64,000 bases of DNA, taken from assembly GCF_018977255.1 (NCBI RefSeq), contig NW_024704745.1, forward strand, positions 69,378,001 to 69,442,000, read 5' to 3'. Position numbers and translations under genes: made by a program. Origin of the DNA: Callorhinchus milii. Taxonomy: Eukaryota. Below the pieces are notes generated by a model, which saw only the letters and a program-made list of their open reading frames with translations, was not told where the DNA came from and ran no database searches. Within the stretch, counting starts at the first letter, position 1. Each line of letters opens with the position of its first letter. Shown here in pieces: positions 51,858 through 64,000 of the stretch.

Positions 51858-52273
51858 GGGGTTCCTTTATGGTGGAACAGGAAGAAAACAAGCGCACACG
51901 TACCGCCTACACCAGGGCTCAGCTGCTGGAGTTGGAAAAGGAATTTCTCTTCAACAAGTACATCTCCAGGCCCCGAAGGGTGGAACTGGCCGTCATGTTG
52001 AACCTAACAGAGAGGCACATAAAGATCTGGTTCCAGAACAGGCGAATGAAGTGGAAAAAGGAAGAGGACAAGAAGAGAGGGAGGAACGGCGCTCCTGAGC
52101 AGGACTCTGTCGTCTCGTCGGGCGACCTCAAGGAAGACGTTTGCACCCTCAATAACCGCATTGGAAGAGACCTCCTCCCTGTCAGTGTCTCCTCCTCACA
52201 ACCCGCCAGCATTCCCGGCTCTTCCCTAAGGAACCAGTCCACAGCAGCGAGAGACTCCATGACAAATTCCTAA
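51858..52273 (+). CDS. PDX1: Pdx1 exon 2 (homeodomain and C-terminus)
   Basis: A (CT)n tract followed by tttAG forms the acceptor at 51857. Encodes [66 protein letters not shown]; DSVVSSGD resembles the mammalian SPOP/PCIF1-binding VTSGE. TAA stop at 52271-52273. Spliced product is 268 aa. Confidence 0.97.
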
Positions 52274-52443
52274 AGTATTTTTTGAGGAGGACATTGTCAC
52301 TGTACTCACACGCCCTTAACGGTATAGTCGTAATTGCAATTCAAAAGACAGAAAGAAAATCTTATTAATTACAAAATAGCTGACTTGACTCTATTTATCG
52401 TAATGCATAGCAATATTATCCCCCCCCCCCCCCCCCCCCACCA

Positions 52444-53180
52444 AATAAATACTATAAATATAGCGTCCGGTGGCATCCCGTGTTTCTATTAGACAATATT
52501 AATTTACCTTTTAAATATTGAAAGTATTATAGTCGTTCATTGCAACACAGTATTTACATTTCAGAGACTGAAACTGATATGCGACGGTTGCTTCAAGAAT
52601 GAAAGTCATTGAATTATGTGTAAGCGGTGCTTCAAATAATCTTGCATAGAAACACGTTGGCTGTCTGTTTTACTTCGTCTCATTTTGTAAAATACTTTGA
52701 AACTGTTGGATTTGTTTTTGAGACGTTCTGAAACGTCCTCTCGACCTAAAAGGCGCAATATAAATGCAATTTTTGTTGTTGTTGTTAGCTAGACGCATTG
52801 GAAACGATCCTCAGTCAATAGATACTCTCAAACTTGGTGATGGGTTTCTTCACGTGTCAGACACCTCTGAACCAAAGCAAAATGTGTACAGTGAAATAAA
52901 TCATCGTGTTCATTGTATTTTTTTTCCCCCAGTGGCACAAACTCAGAGAAGGCTTTTTCGTTGCAAATCAACACGTTTATGTATTTTTGAAGTTGTAATG
53001 TGCGCACATATTACAATGTTTTAAAGTGTGTACTTACGTTTAGAGAAAGTTTGACTGTGTAACCGTAGCCCTCTCTGAAAAGTAAATTACTTACCTGCAT
53101 TGTATCTTTGCTGTTGTACATTATTATTGCCGTTCACTTCTTATCGCCCAAGGTCAATTGAAATATTTCATTAAAATAAA
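52444..53180 (+). terminator. Candidate Pdx1 polyadenylation signals
   Basis: AATAAA at 52444, 52895 and 53175 (the last overlaps ATTAAA). Which one is used cannot be determined from sequence. Confidence 0.4.
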
Positions 53181-54184
53181 AACTAAAACATTGAGTATAT
53201 TTACTTTTAGACGACAGTAGACATTAAAATTAATATATTTAAACTGAAATGTTCTGGTTTTGAAACGAATTGGTTTGTTTCTGAATATCTGGTATGTCAA
53301 CAACTGGGAATTAAACGTTTTCTTACTTATCTACCCAATGTCAGCACACTCAGGTCATTTATTGTATGAGAAATATAGCATAAAATTATCTTGCAGCTCC
53401 CTCCCATCCAACACACACACAAACAATTATCTCAATTATACCTTATCCTAGAAAAAATCCTACTACCTGACATGAGAGCACCTGTGCATAATAATAATAT
53501 TAATAGCATTTGATATAGCTCATTATCACATCGTAGAGACATCTCAGAGTGGATTGACTGTATTCTGTGGGCAATTTTGTTCGACTACAGAAGATAAAGG
53601 CAATTTTAAACACAAATCGTATACACTGATGCGAATCCATTCCAATCCAGAAGTTAGTGTGCGTTTAAATTGTCGGTGAGTGTAGCCCTATCTGTACTTG
53701 GACTGAACCCCTGGTGAGAATATGTGCAGCTGAGAGATGACCTCCTTTCTCCAGCTCGAAATTACTCTGCCTCAAACACTTACACATCCTGTAAGATGAC
53801 TGGTCAAACAGCAAAAGCAGCTGACCCCCATTTGGTCAGATTGAATTGATCCACAAGTCCCACAAGTGAACGGTCAGTGTCCAAATTGACTCTTTGGGCA
53901 ATCCATTGAAACAAACGAATGGTATTTGGAGCAGAAAATACAGGCAAGTACAATTTCAGAAAACAATAACTCTGTAATGTTGTTGTGATTGTACGTGGGG
54001 CGAGAAAAGAGTTTCCATTCACATTAAGCAGCTGTTCAAGTGGGTCGCAATAGTAACTCATTATATCATATTAACAAGACAACAAGAGTGGGTTATTAGT
54101 TAATGCACTCGAAATGATGTACATTGATAATCCTTAAATTTGTTATACCATTATATAAGGAAACTTGCCCAACATTTCGCCCAT

Positions 54185-54897
54185 GTGGAGTCCTGTAGCT
54201 CAGTGTTTAGAGCAACAACAACAACAACAACAAGATTCCATTTATAGAGCGCCTTTCACGTCAGGAGGACGTCCCAAGGCGCTGCACAGTTGGGTCATGA
54301 CCCGAGCAGGGGGAAATGGTCAGGGTGAGGGGAGGGAAGGGAGGGAGAGAGGAGGGGGAAATGGTCAGGGTGAGGGGAGGGAAGGGAGGGAGCGAGGAGG
54401 AGGAAGAGAGTCGAGAGGGGAGCTGAAGGCACGGTCAAAGAGAAAGGTTTTGAGACCGGCCTTGAAGGAGGAAAGGGAGGAAGCAAGACGAAGGCACTGG
54501 GGGATGGAGTTCCAGAGCCTCGGGGCTGAGAGGCTGAAGGCCCGACCACCGATAGTAGGGCGGTTGGGGCGGGGGACGTGGAGCAGACCGGAGCCAGAGG
54601 AACGGAGGGTACGGGCAGGTAGGTAGGAGCATTCACTTTGCAAGTGAGAGACCTGGGTTTGATTCCCAGCGGATGAAATCTTACTTCACAGGCCTGATAA
54701 TAATCCCTCAAAAAGAATAATAAATTGGTCATTTCAATCCACGACTGTTTGTGGGACATTGCTGTGCACAATTGGCTGCCGCGTTTCGCCCACAAATATA
54801 CAGTCAATTCACTTTCGAGTCTATTCTGTGAAGCGTTTTAAGACGTCTATAAGATGCGAAAAGCGCTATACCAAATGCAAGGATTATTATTATTATA
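54185..54897 (+). mobile_element. SINE interrupted by an antisense L2 3' insertion (54215-54626, TSD GAGCA)
   Basis: The SINE head breaks after TTAGAGCA and resumes GAGCATTCACTTTGCAAG. GAGCA occurs at 54210-54214 and 54627-54631. Confidence 0.92.
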
Positions 54898-56957
54898 CAA
54901 CCTCGAAACATCTCAACGCGCTTGACCTGAGTCCCACCATTCCACACGACTCCATGGAGCTGAGATAATGTATTATTTGCAGTTTTGAAACAGGGCATTA
55001 GTCATGTTTTATCAGGAAGAAAAAACATGTCGATTGGTGTTTTGTAGCAGAAAGCAAAGAATATCCAGCATACAAAATATCCAGCAAAATATACACCACC
55101 ATATATGTTTCGCCCATAAAATATACAGTTAATTGACTTTACAGTATATTCTTTGAGACGTCTCAAATATGTGATAATGTGCTGTATCAAATGCAAGAAT
55201 TAGTATTATCAAATAAGTGCAAATGACATCAACATCGAGGGATATTCGGGGTGCTTGGAGGAAACACGTTTTTAATTGACACGACAGCCTCTCTTGAGTT
55301 TATTGGTGTTTATTTGTTATGGGAACTCTGGTTGAGTCCCTGTCGTTTACTTTATTGGTAGCTCGGTGATAAAATCAGGTTGCAATTTTAATTTAGATCA
55401 CGATCTGGTACAATAACGCGAACATTAATATAACTATCACACATAACGTATAATCCAGGTATACGTAGGTAGGACATACTCGGGACAAATGCACAGATTT
55501 ACAGGTACACAATATACCCGCAGAAACTTCAAATAACTTAATGATCTTTCTTTGCCAATAGAAGGAAGTTCATTTTCAATACTGGGTAATATGTGTCAAG
55601 TTATTTCAACAAGCAGTATCTGTTTCGAGTTTCTGAGCCATATGATAAATCCCATTAAAGCGCGGATTGTTCTATGGACCATGAATCATTTGAAGATTAT
55701 TTCTCCTAAAACTTGCGATTGGTAGTTTCCTGGGTTTTGTGATGATATATTGGGAGGGTTTCTAAACGGTCAACATTTCTAATGTCAAACAATTTGCCAA
55801 GGAATATCGTCTCCGGCTTATTGACAATTATCTTTAATATGACATAAATCAGTTTAAAGGTGCGGTTTATTAATCATTTATGTTGTTCAAACGCGTCTTT
55901 TTGAGTGTAAACATGTGTTTCTGTGATTCCTCATATTCCGTGTTATTTCCTTCACAGCGTTACAGGGGATTTGCACCAACGTTCAACTGTTTGAAAAGGT
56001 GCTGATAATTGCTTATCCATCTCACAATAATTTCGACACTAATTTCAGTATTGATCCACCCCCCAGAAATAACACCGGGTCACCCAGTGGACTGGCTCCA
56101 TGGATATAGAAAGTGTATTAATGTACTGTGCTCCCGCCCCCTGTAACTCTGTGGCCAAAGTGTTCCTGAGCCACACTCACAGACACCATTCTGCCCTTCG
56201 TGTTTATCCATGTAAGGCTCCACCACCTCCACCCCCCTCCCTCTCCAACACACACCCAGTGGCTGATTTGCTCAATGTGCAGTTACCTGCCTTAGCACCT
56301 GATGCCCTGGGTAACCCACTTGGGTAGAAATGTGAAGGACATGCGGTTGAGACAGACTTTGCATATATTAATCATCTTGATACAGTTGCTGGGAAGTTAG
56401 AAATTTGCCACCAATGTGCAACTACTGTTCAAACATTGAACACAATGCATTGCATTCAGTGAACGTGGATTACTTTAAAATGCTTAAAGGTAAAGGAATG
56501 GAATGAATCTCTATCCATGAAAATGAAAGGATTTTTTATTTCGTAGTATTCTCATTCCAAGATAATTAACGAATGTATTTTCCAACCCAGCCATTGATTT
56601 TCAGTATAATGTAAGCTACAGCGTGAATGGAAAGAGGAGGAATCTGGAAACGTTTCAAGACCACAACAGTTTTGCAAATAACGTGCGATTATCTTTAAGT
56701 CTTATTCTTAAACATTTAGGGAATTCTTTTGACAGCCACGTTATTATCAGACACACAAACTGCCCTACCCAAAATGCAGAAGAAATTATTGTGCCACGAA
56801 GTTCAAAATGCTAAAAGAAAACCAGTGTTAGGGTGAAGTGAGAGAAGTGACCAACCGAGCTGAACAGGGCAGTCAAAGATAACTGCGGATACATGACAGA
56901 GTGTGACTGCACTTATCCTATCAGATAGAGGTTATGGTGTTTCAACGCTTTCTATAC

Positions 56958-57250
56958 AACAACAAATCACATTTGTATAGCGCCTTTCCCATCTGAAGGA
57001 CAACCCAAGGCACTGGACAGTCAGGGATTTGGACCTGAGCCTGGGGTTAGGATCAGGAGAGGCGGAGGGATGGGAGGGTAGGAGTAGGAGGGTGACCAAA
57101 GTCATGGTCGACGAGGAGTGTCTTGAGACGGCCTTGGAGCAGGCAAAGGAGGGAGCAAGGTGAACGGACTGTGAGATGGAGTTCCAAAAAGTGGGGAAGA
57201 GAAGCTGAAAGTCCTACTGCAGGCCAGGCTGGGCGGGGGACATAGAGCAG
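56958..57250 (-). mobile_element. L2 3' fragment
   Basis: (CAA)n tail and L2 ORF2-end homology. Confidence 0.75.
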
Positions 57251-57808
57251 GGCAAAATACACAAAATACACAGTCACACCACTAACAGGAATTTAATGAC
57301 AGAAGGCCACTCCTGGAAACCATAGCTTCAAGTTCTGTAGTTCCAATGAGGGAATGTTGCTTTATTAACTGTTTGTTGAACTCCTTGTCATCTCAGAAAG
57401 TATTATTCACACTTATTGATGCTATGTTGACCATTCCTCACCAGCACCACCTTTCTATTTTTCTATCCTTTTTAGTTTCATCAGACTAAATAGCCATTGT
57501 AGCTGTGAGGGTAGGCAGGATCTCATCTTCAGCCAAACAGTAGGAGATATTACGTATACTGGAGACTGCTTCCATTTTCCACTGAGTTCCACTGACAAAC
57601 ATAGCTATAATTATGAACTTAATGGAATTAGACTTATGTCTCTCCACCCCATGACAATGATGGATGATTATTATAAAATAGATGTACAGTATATTTCAAT
57701 TTGTAATACAATTTACAATTATTTTGTGGACTTTGGGAGGAAGTCCCAAAGTGTTTGATGATTCTGATTTGACACTGGAGCTGTGGGTGGAAAATGGAAG
57801 AGTTGAGG

Positions 57809-58154
57809 ATAATAATAATCCTTGCATTTGATATAGCACCTTATCACATCTTCGAGGCGTCTCAAAGTGCTTCACAGCAAATATTGTAAAGTGAATTGAC
57901 TGTATATTTTGTGGGTGAAACACAGCAATCAATTGAACAGTTATGGATTGAGTGACCAAATTTAAAAATAATTTTTTTAAGGGATTATTACCCTGGAAAA
58001 GTGATCTGCCAATCAACTAACAACCAGGTTCCTACTTACTGCTAGGTAACAAAGGTGTGTGGAGAAAGGAAACATTTTGCCCTGCTCCGGAATCGAACCC
58101 AAGTCCTCTTGCTTGCAAGGTGAGTGCTCTAACCACTAAGCTACAGGACTCCAC
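57809..58154 (-). mobile_element. tRNA-derived SINE, long subfamily
   Basis: Full head-to-tail match on the minus strand. Confidence 0.9.
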
Positions 58155-59827
58155 AAATATGTACAAGATATTTGGGGAAACCAGCATTTGCTGTCACTTC
58201 AAACAAGAGTTAAAATTTCCATTTAGACTGACTTATATGGCATGTTTCAATTGCACTGTGCGTCCACATTGATTTGTACAGTTTGCTTAGATAGGTTGAT
58301 GTGTTTGTTCAGATTGATCGGTGAAACGTTTAGATAGACCTATTTTTGCATGTCTGCCTTTTCTCCTGTTCTAAAGGAGAACACCGATTGACTATGTTCA
58401 GATTGACTTTATGCATGATTTGGTTTTGGTTTATACAACAGTGATAACATGAGTCAAAATCTTGCAGTTTTGCACCATAATCATTGGAAATCTGATGTAT
58501 CATGTAATTTCTTGCATACTTTTGAGACAGTTTAAGGAAATTAGTTACTTTGATGATTAAGTGTTAAGACTGCAATGTACTAAAGGTCCAGTCTCAAACA
58601 CAATTCTGAAATTTATTATTTGTGCACATATTTGTTTTAAGTTCGATCTTTAAGGCACAAGCCTTATGTACACAAATACTCATCATGCTGTCAAAGATGA
58701 CAGGATATGTCTTCTTAGGACCAATTTCATTCTACTGGCAGTTTCCTTGTTTCACTCCATTGCAAAAGGTTTTAAAAGTCTCCAGTTGACTGAATGAGGT
58801 AACTCTGCAGAATGGTGCTTGTCCAGTTAGGGCTGTCCTATCTATTAGAGCATTGATTCTCATAGAATCGAGGACATGTTTGAGTCAACACTGTAAGCGT
58901 TGAACATTTTTACACTTACCCCCTTTGCCCTCACCTCTTCTGAATTCAACCCCCAGCTTATCTTCCACTGTCCAGCCCTTGAGAAGTCCTCCCAAATTGA
59001 AAGGCGTTATATAAATGCAATTTGTTATTATTGCTGTTGTTTCTACAATCCACACACTTGCTAACATTCATATTTAAACAGGCTTGTAGTTAATATACAG
59101 CAAAAAAATTCCAGTCTAATTTTTCAAATTGCAAAAATGAAAGAAAAAAACAATTAGCATTTAGTAACAGTGCCAAAAATAACAGAGAGATCAAAGAGGA
59201 CTTGCAGACAGAGAGGATGTCCATGCCTTAAACTTTGGTACTTTGGGTAGGCCAGAAGCTAGAATGGAAGGATGGAAGTGGTGGAAGAGAAGGAGTGAAG
59301 CAAGGAGGCAACTGCAAGTTGTAACCCTTCAGAGAGTAAGGGGAGGATTAGATGGGACAAATACTGGAGTGTTTGGAGGGGCCCAACATATACTTTTTAA
59401 AGAGGAGTAATAACAGTGGCTTGTAAAGGGAGGGGTACCTTGCCAGAGGAAATGGAAAGATTGATGACCTTGGCTAGCATGGAGGCAGGACCCAGCAGCT
59501 GGACAGATGAAGGTGGTGGGTTTCATTTGGGAAATAAAGGAACAGAAATATGAAGGGGAGATGGGAACAAATATATAACAAGAGAGGAGAATGGGAAGGG
59601 GGGAGTGGGAGTTAAAGAGACAAAGGCAGTTTACTGTATATTGTTGATATTGGACACCAGATTGTCTGTGGCCACCTGGAGGTGAGGAGTTGATGTTGCA
59701 GGTGAGAATGGAGGGAATATGAGAGGATGTAGGCAGATAATGGTGGAGAAGAGGAGCCTGAAATTATCTTTGGAAATAAACTTAAATTTATAGCATCTAT
59801 TATGTTGAAATGTCTCAAAGTGCTTCA

Positions 59828-60382
59828 CTATGCTATCTCACTGCTTGTCGGCCTTCCTATCTCTTCCCTCCACAAGCTGCAGATCATTCAGAACTCTGCA
59901 TCTCGTGTCCTCTCCCCCACCAAGCTCCATGACCCGATCACCCCCATCCTCACCCAGCTCCACTGGCTCCCGATCCCCCAGAGGGTACAATTCAAAATCC
60001 TCATCCTTGCCTTTGAAGCTCTCCAAGGCCTTGCTCCTCCCTAGATCTATGACCTGCAAACTCCACATTGACCTGTCCCCTCCCTCCACTTAGCGGGCTC
60101 CTGCCTGCTCCACATCCCCAGCATGGTCCGCCCCACCATCGGTGGTCAGGCCTACAGCCTCTCTGCCTCCACCCTTTGGAACTCCATCCTACAGTCCTTT
60201 TGCCTATCTCCCTCGCTTGCCTCTTTCAAGGCATGTCTCAAGACTCTTCGACCAAGCCTTCAGTCACCCTCCTACCAGTACTCTCCCTGCCCTCCATCCC
60301 TCATGATCCCAACCCCTTGCTCAAATCCCAAACCATAACTGTCCAGTGCCTTGGGATGTCCTCCAAATGTAATTTTTTGTTG
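59828..60382 (+). mobile_element. L2 LINE 3' fragment
   Basis: Translates SLLVGLPISSLHKLQIIQNSASRVL...DPITPILTQLHWLPIPQRVQFKILILAFEALQGLAP. Confidence 0.9.
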
Positions 60383-62479
60383 TACTTTCTGTAATGTTTA
60401 GTGATTTGGAGGGGAGCAAGATACTGAAATTATATAATTTATCATCAATGTATTAATGGCAAATGTTTCAAATCTCAAAGTTAGTGTTCTCTACAATAAC
60501 TATTTAGGTGTTTGAAATCTGTTTTTTTTATTACGACACCATGCTAAATCATGTTTTTGGAAAAATATTATATTAGTATAACCAATATCCCAACAAAATA
60601 AAATGACCATCGCTTAGCGTAGGAGTTGGTAATAGAAACATTGAAACTGGTGAGTCTGTAAATTTGTCCCAAGTTAAAGCAAAGTTCTCCTAGTGCACAC
60701 CAGAGAAGATAAATGAAAATACAATTTGAGCATAGCTAGTGTCATCTTCATTCCCGATCACATTGATTAGTTTTCAATTGCTAGCACACGTGGCTGTTAA
60801 CAGCAATGAAATAATATTAATGCTTACTTTTAATATAAGGACCATAATGCCCATCATATTTGAGAGTTTCACAGCTAACCGACAAGTGTAGTGACGGTAT
60901 GGTATGGACAAAGCGGGTACGGACAAATCCAATTCATGAGCAAGGTCCTACAAACAGATCTTCCTGAATGTCCTCTTGAACAGTTGGCAGTAGTGTTCAG
61001 GTATAATGGACTGCTTGCTGTTGTGCATAAAAATCTAACAAATATTAAGGGAGAAATTTCAGCTGAGTCTAGGTTTATTCAGTTTAGTTTGTTTAGTCAT
61101 CCTTGCATTTGATGACTCTGGTTGTAGCTGACAAATGTGTCCCTCTTTCTCTCAGTGTAATAGATTGTGCTATTTCTGCCTTTGTTAGCAAAGTTCATGG
61201 GTGGCGGAAGTTGTTAGGAATGTCTTGGCTCATTCGATGTAACAGAAATTCACTTTGATCTTTAATTGTCAGGAACGTTGGACATATATTACATATATTT
61301 TGATCTGAAAAAATATTCACTGCAGGTGAGTGGCTTCAACTGGAATTAAGGATCACATCCAACTGTTGTGATGGAGTCTAGTGCAGTTTCTTAGATCTCA
61401 ATTTCAAATAATGGGATAAGGTTATTTATTATTGGCAGGCATCCTTTTGCTATTACACTGAGTGGCAGTGCTACCACACTGTGAACCCACTTTTTTTAAT
61501 TAATATAGTTCACCTGGATGCAGACAGCAGTGGTTTACTCTGATAAGGTAATGGAATAAAAATGTACCATGCATTAATCCTTCACAGGCACCTGGTAGCA
61601 ACAGCCATCGGTGTAACAAGAGTGATGCGAAGTGCATTTTATTATAAACAGGACCGAGGACTGCCATGCACCATGGGCTCCGGTTTCTAACATTTTTACT
61701 AACATCTAAATACCCAAGTTGTCCAGGATAGGATGTAGCTGAAACCTGAATTCTGTTTATGTTCACTTCATAGAAAATGATTCTCTTGGTCATTGATATG
61801 TTCTCCAATATTCAGTGCAACTGGAGTGTCAGTGAATTAGAGTCCAAATCGGTGTCAGTTTGTGTATCGACCGATTAGATACAGCAGCAGTGGAGATGAA
61901 CAGTTTTGCTAGAGTCGATAAGATCTCGTATTAATGAAACAACTCATCTATTTTATCAAATAATAATCTTTAACTGTGCCACTGACTCTCTTAAATTGTG
62001 TATTGTAGGCAAATTACAAATTTTTGTTTCTTCACTAAGCACATAAGTTCCCCAATATTCCCCTCCTTGCACATCTATTAAAAAAAAGCCCTTTAAAAAG
62101 ATTATTGCCATGCTTGTCATGAAGCAGTAAATGACTAATGCTCCAACAGCCCTTGACCTCTGTACAGTCCAAATACCATCTAGGGCAAAGTCATTGTGTG
62201 CTGGAGAGAAAAAAAATTCTATTTTGAAAAGTAATTGTAAAAAGGGACTTGTGTTTTTCACGGAATAAGTACAAGACATGAGAGTGTGATGGGATGTCTA
62301 AGTGGATGAGATTACAAAATTGTCCAGAGAGAAAACTGTTATTTCATATTGCAATTTTCTTTCGTAATGCACATTTATTTCACATGACCGATCTAAGAAA
62401 CTTAAACTTCGACTCAAAGCCATGGTTTAGAATGTAGATTTTTTCGGTTATCCACCTTTAACTTTAAAGAAATTAAATT

Positions 62480-62880
62480 ATAATAATAATCCTTGCATTT
62501 GATTTAACGCTTTTCATGTCTTCTAAACGTCTCAAAACGCTTCACAGAATATACTTGTGGGTGAAATGCGGCAGCCAATAGCGCACAGCAGTGTCCCAGG
62601 AACAGTCGTGGATTGAGTGACTAAATTATTATTGTTTTTTCTTGAGGGATTATTATCAGGCACGTGGAGCAAGGAAACTTGCCCAAGATTTTGCCGTGCC
62701 AGGAATCAAACCCAGGTCTCTTACTTGCGAGGCGAGTGCTCTAATCACTGAGTTACAGGACTGCACTTAATTAATAATAATAATCCTTGCTTTAGCACCT
62801 TATCACGTCATTGAGACATCTCAAAGCGCTTCACAGAATATACTCTAAAGTGGAGTGACTGTGTATTTTGTGGGCAAAAC
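62480..62880 (-). mobile_element. SINE (62480-62766) plus an adjacent SINE tail (62772-62880)
   Basis: Family motifs on the minus strand. Confidence 0.85.
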
Positions 62881-63224
62881 TTAAATAGGTAATTAATGTT
62901 TAAACACATAATGTTGAGTTGCATATGTTACTTTTAATAATTAGATGCTCCTGAAGCCAGGGTTTATATATCCATGGCTTGGTATTATCAGTTGTAAGAA
63001 GTGCTTTGAGACATGAACGGTGCTATATAATGGACATTGCTGTTGTTGTTCCTTGCTTATGTAGTTGCTGCTGATAGAATAGCAACTGATGGAACAATTG
63101 TTCACCAGCAAGGGATAGTTGTGTGCCCTAACTGTGATCAGGAGGATAAGCATAATGTTCTAATGCATTTTATGTTGTTACACAGTGTAGCTCACCAGGA
63201 GATCCGGTACTCGCTATCCTAGTC

Positions 63225-63858
63225 TAAAATGACACCCTAAAGCACTGCTGGGAAAGTGCTGCATTGCTAGCAGAACCATCCTACAGATGAGATGTTAAAT
63301 TGAGGCCCAGTCTATGCCCTGTTTAAGTGGACATTAAAGATCCCATGGCACTATTCAACAACAACAATAACAAATTGCACTTATATAGTGCCTTTCACGT
63401 TGGGAGGATGGCCCAAGGTGTCTGGACAGTCAGGGTTTTTGGACATGAGCAGGGAGTTGAGACTGGGGGGTGGAGGGTAGGGAAGGTAGGGGTAGGAGGG
63501 TGGCTGAATGCGCAGTCGAAAATAAGTGATAGAACAAGATGAAGGGACTGGGGGATGGAGTTCCAAAGGGTGGGGGCAGAAAAGCTGAAGGCTCGACCAC
63601 CAATAGTGGGGTGGGTCGGGCGGGGGATGTGTAGCAGGCCGGATTCAAAAAGAGAAAGGAATTCCTCCCAGTGTTCTGGCCAATACTCCCCCAAATACAA
63701 TTGGTCATTCATTTCATGGCTGTTTGTGAGATACTATGTGTGCAAATTGGCCCACAAAACACAGTCACTGCACTTTACAATGATTCCTGTGAAGCACTTT
63801 GGGATATCCTGCTGACGTGAAAGGATCTATATCAAAAGGTAAGGATTATTATTATTAC
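63225..63858 (+). mobile_element. Deu-domain SINE interrupted by an antisense L2 insertion (63359-63642, TSD ATTCAA)
   Basis: The Deu block GATGAGATGTTAAATTGAGGCCC...AAAGATCCCATGGCACTATTCAA resumes as ATTCAAAAAGAGAAAGG. ATTCAA occurs at 63353-63358 and 63643-63648. Confidence 0.85.
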
Positions 63859-64000
63859 TACTATTATTCAAGTGGAGGTTCAAACAACAACTTCATATAG
63901 TGTGTTTATATGGTGCCCTTATGGCGGGGGTAGTGTTTTGGAGCACTTAACAGTAGTGGAGCTTGATTTCAAGCTGGGGAAAGGGGGGAGGTGCAGTTAA

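Noticed and set aside
52274-64000. Search for Cdx2 exons on the minus strand
   Set aside because: No Cdx homeodomain (KYRVVYT...WFQNRRAK) appears in the ORF track or by eye; the gene presumably lies beyond the window.
1-64000. CRISPR-like or prokaryotic systems
   Set aside because: The sequence is intron-containing vertebrate DNA; the recurring motifs are irregularly spaced retroposon tails, not repeat-spacer arrays.

Overview
Vertebrate genomic DNA, most likely a cartilaginous fish (inferred from the Deu-domain SINE, L2 and CR1 repeat mix; a chimaera such as Callorhinchus is plausible but cannot be proven here). The window holds the first two genes of a ParaHox cluster, both on the + strand with two exons each. 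Gsx1 has CDS 24916-25303 + 26070/26076-26425 and Pdx1 has CDS 44632-45022 + 51858-52273. They lie about 18 kb apart with one 146-N assembly gap between them. No Cdx exon is visible before the window ends. The flanks are packed with a tRNA-Ala-derived SINE family (two subfamilies), older Deu-type SINEs, L2 3' fragments and CR1-type tails, while about 20.4-33.4 kb around Gsx1 and 41.8-45.0 kb upstream of Pdx1 are nearly repeat-free. Main observations: (1) a 1.25-kb compound palindrome (13261-14510) in which two young SINEs sit at mirror-image positions at the inner ends of an older ungapped 160-bp inverted repeat; (2) a recognisable Pdx1 Area I-like enhancer; (3) a candidate multi-branch structured RNA between Gsx1 and Pdx1; (4) a CTCF plus ZNF143-type motif pair between the genes; (5) a SINE subfamily whose 3' stem-loop matches the local L2 tail. 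All other ORFs in the track are repeat-derived or spurious.
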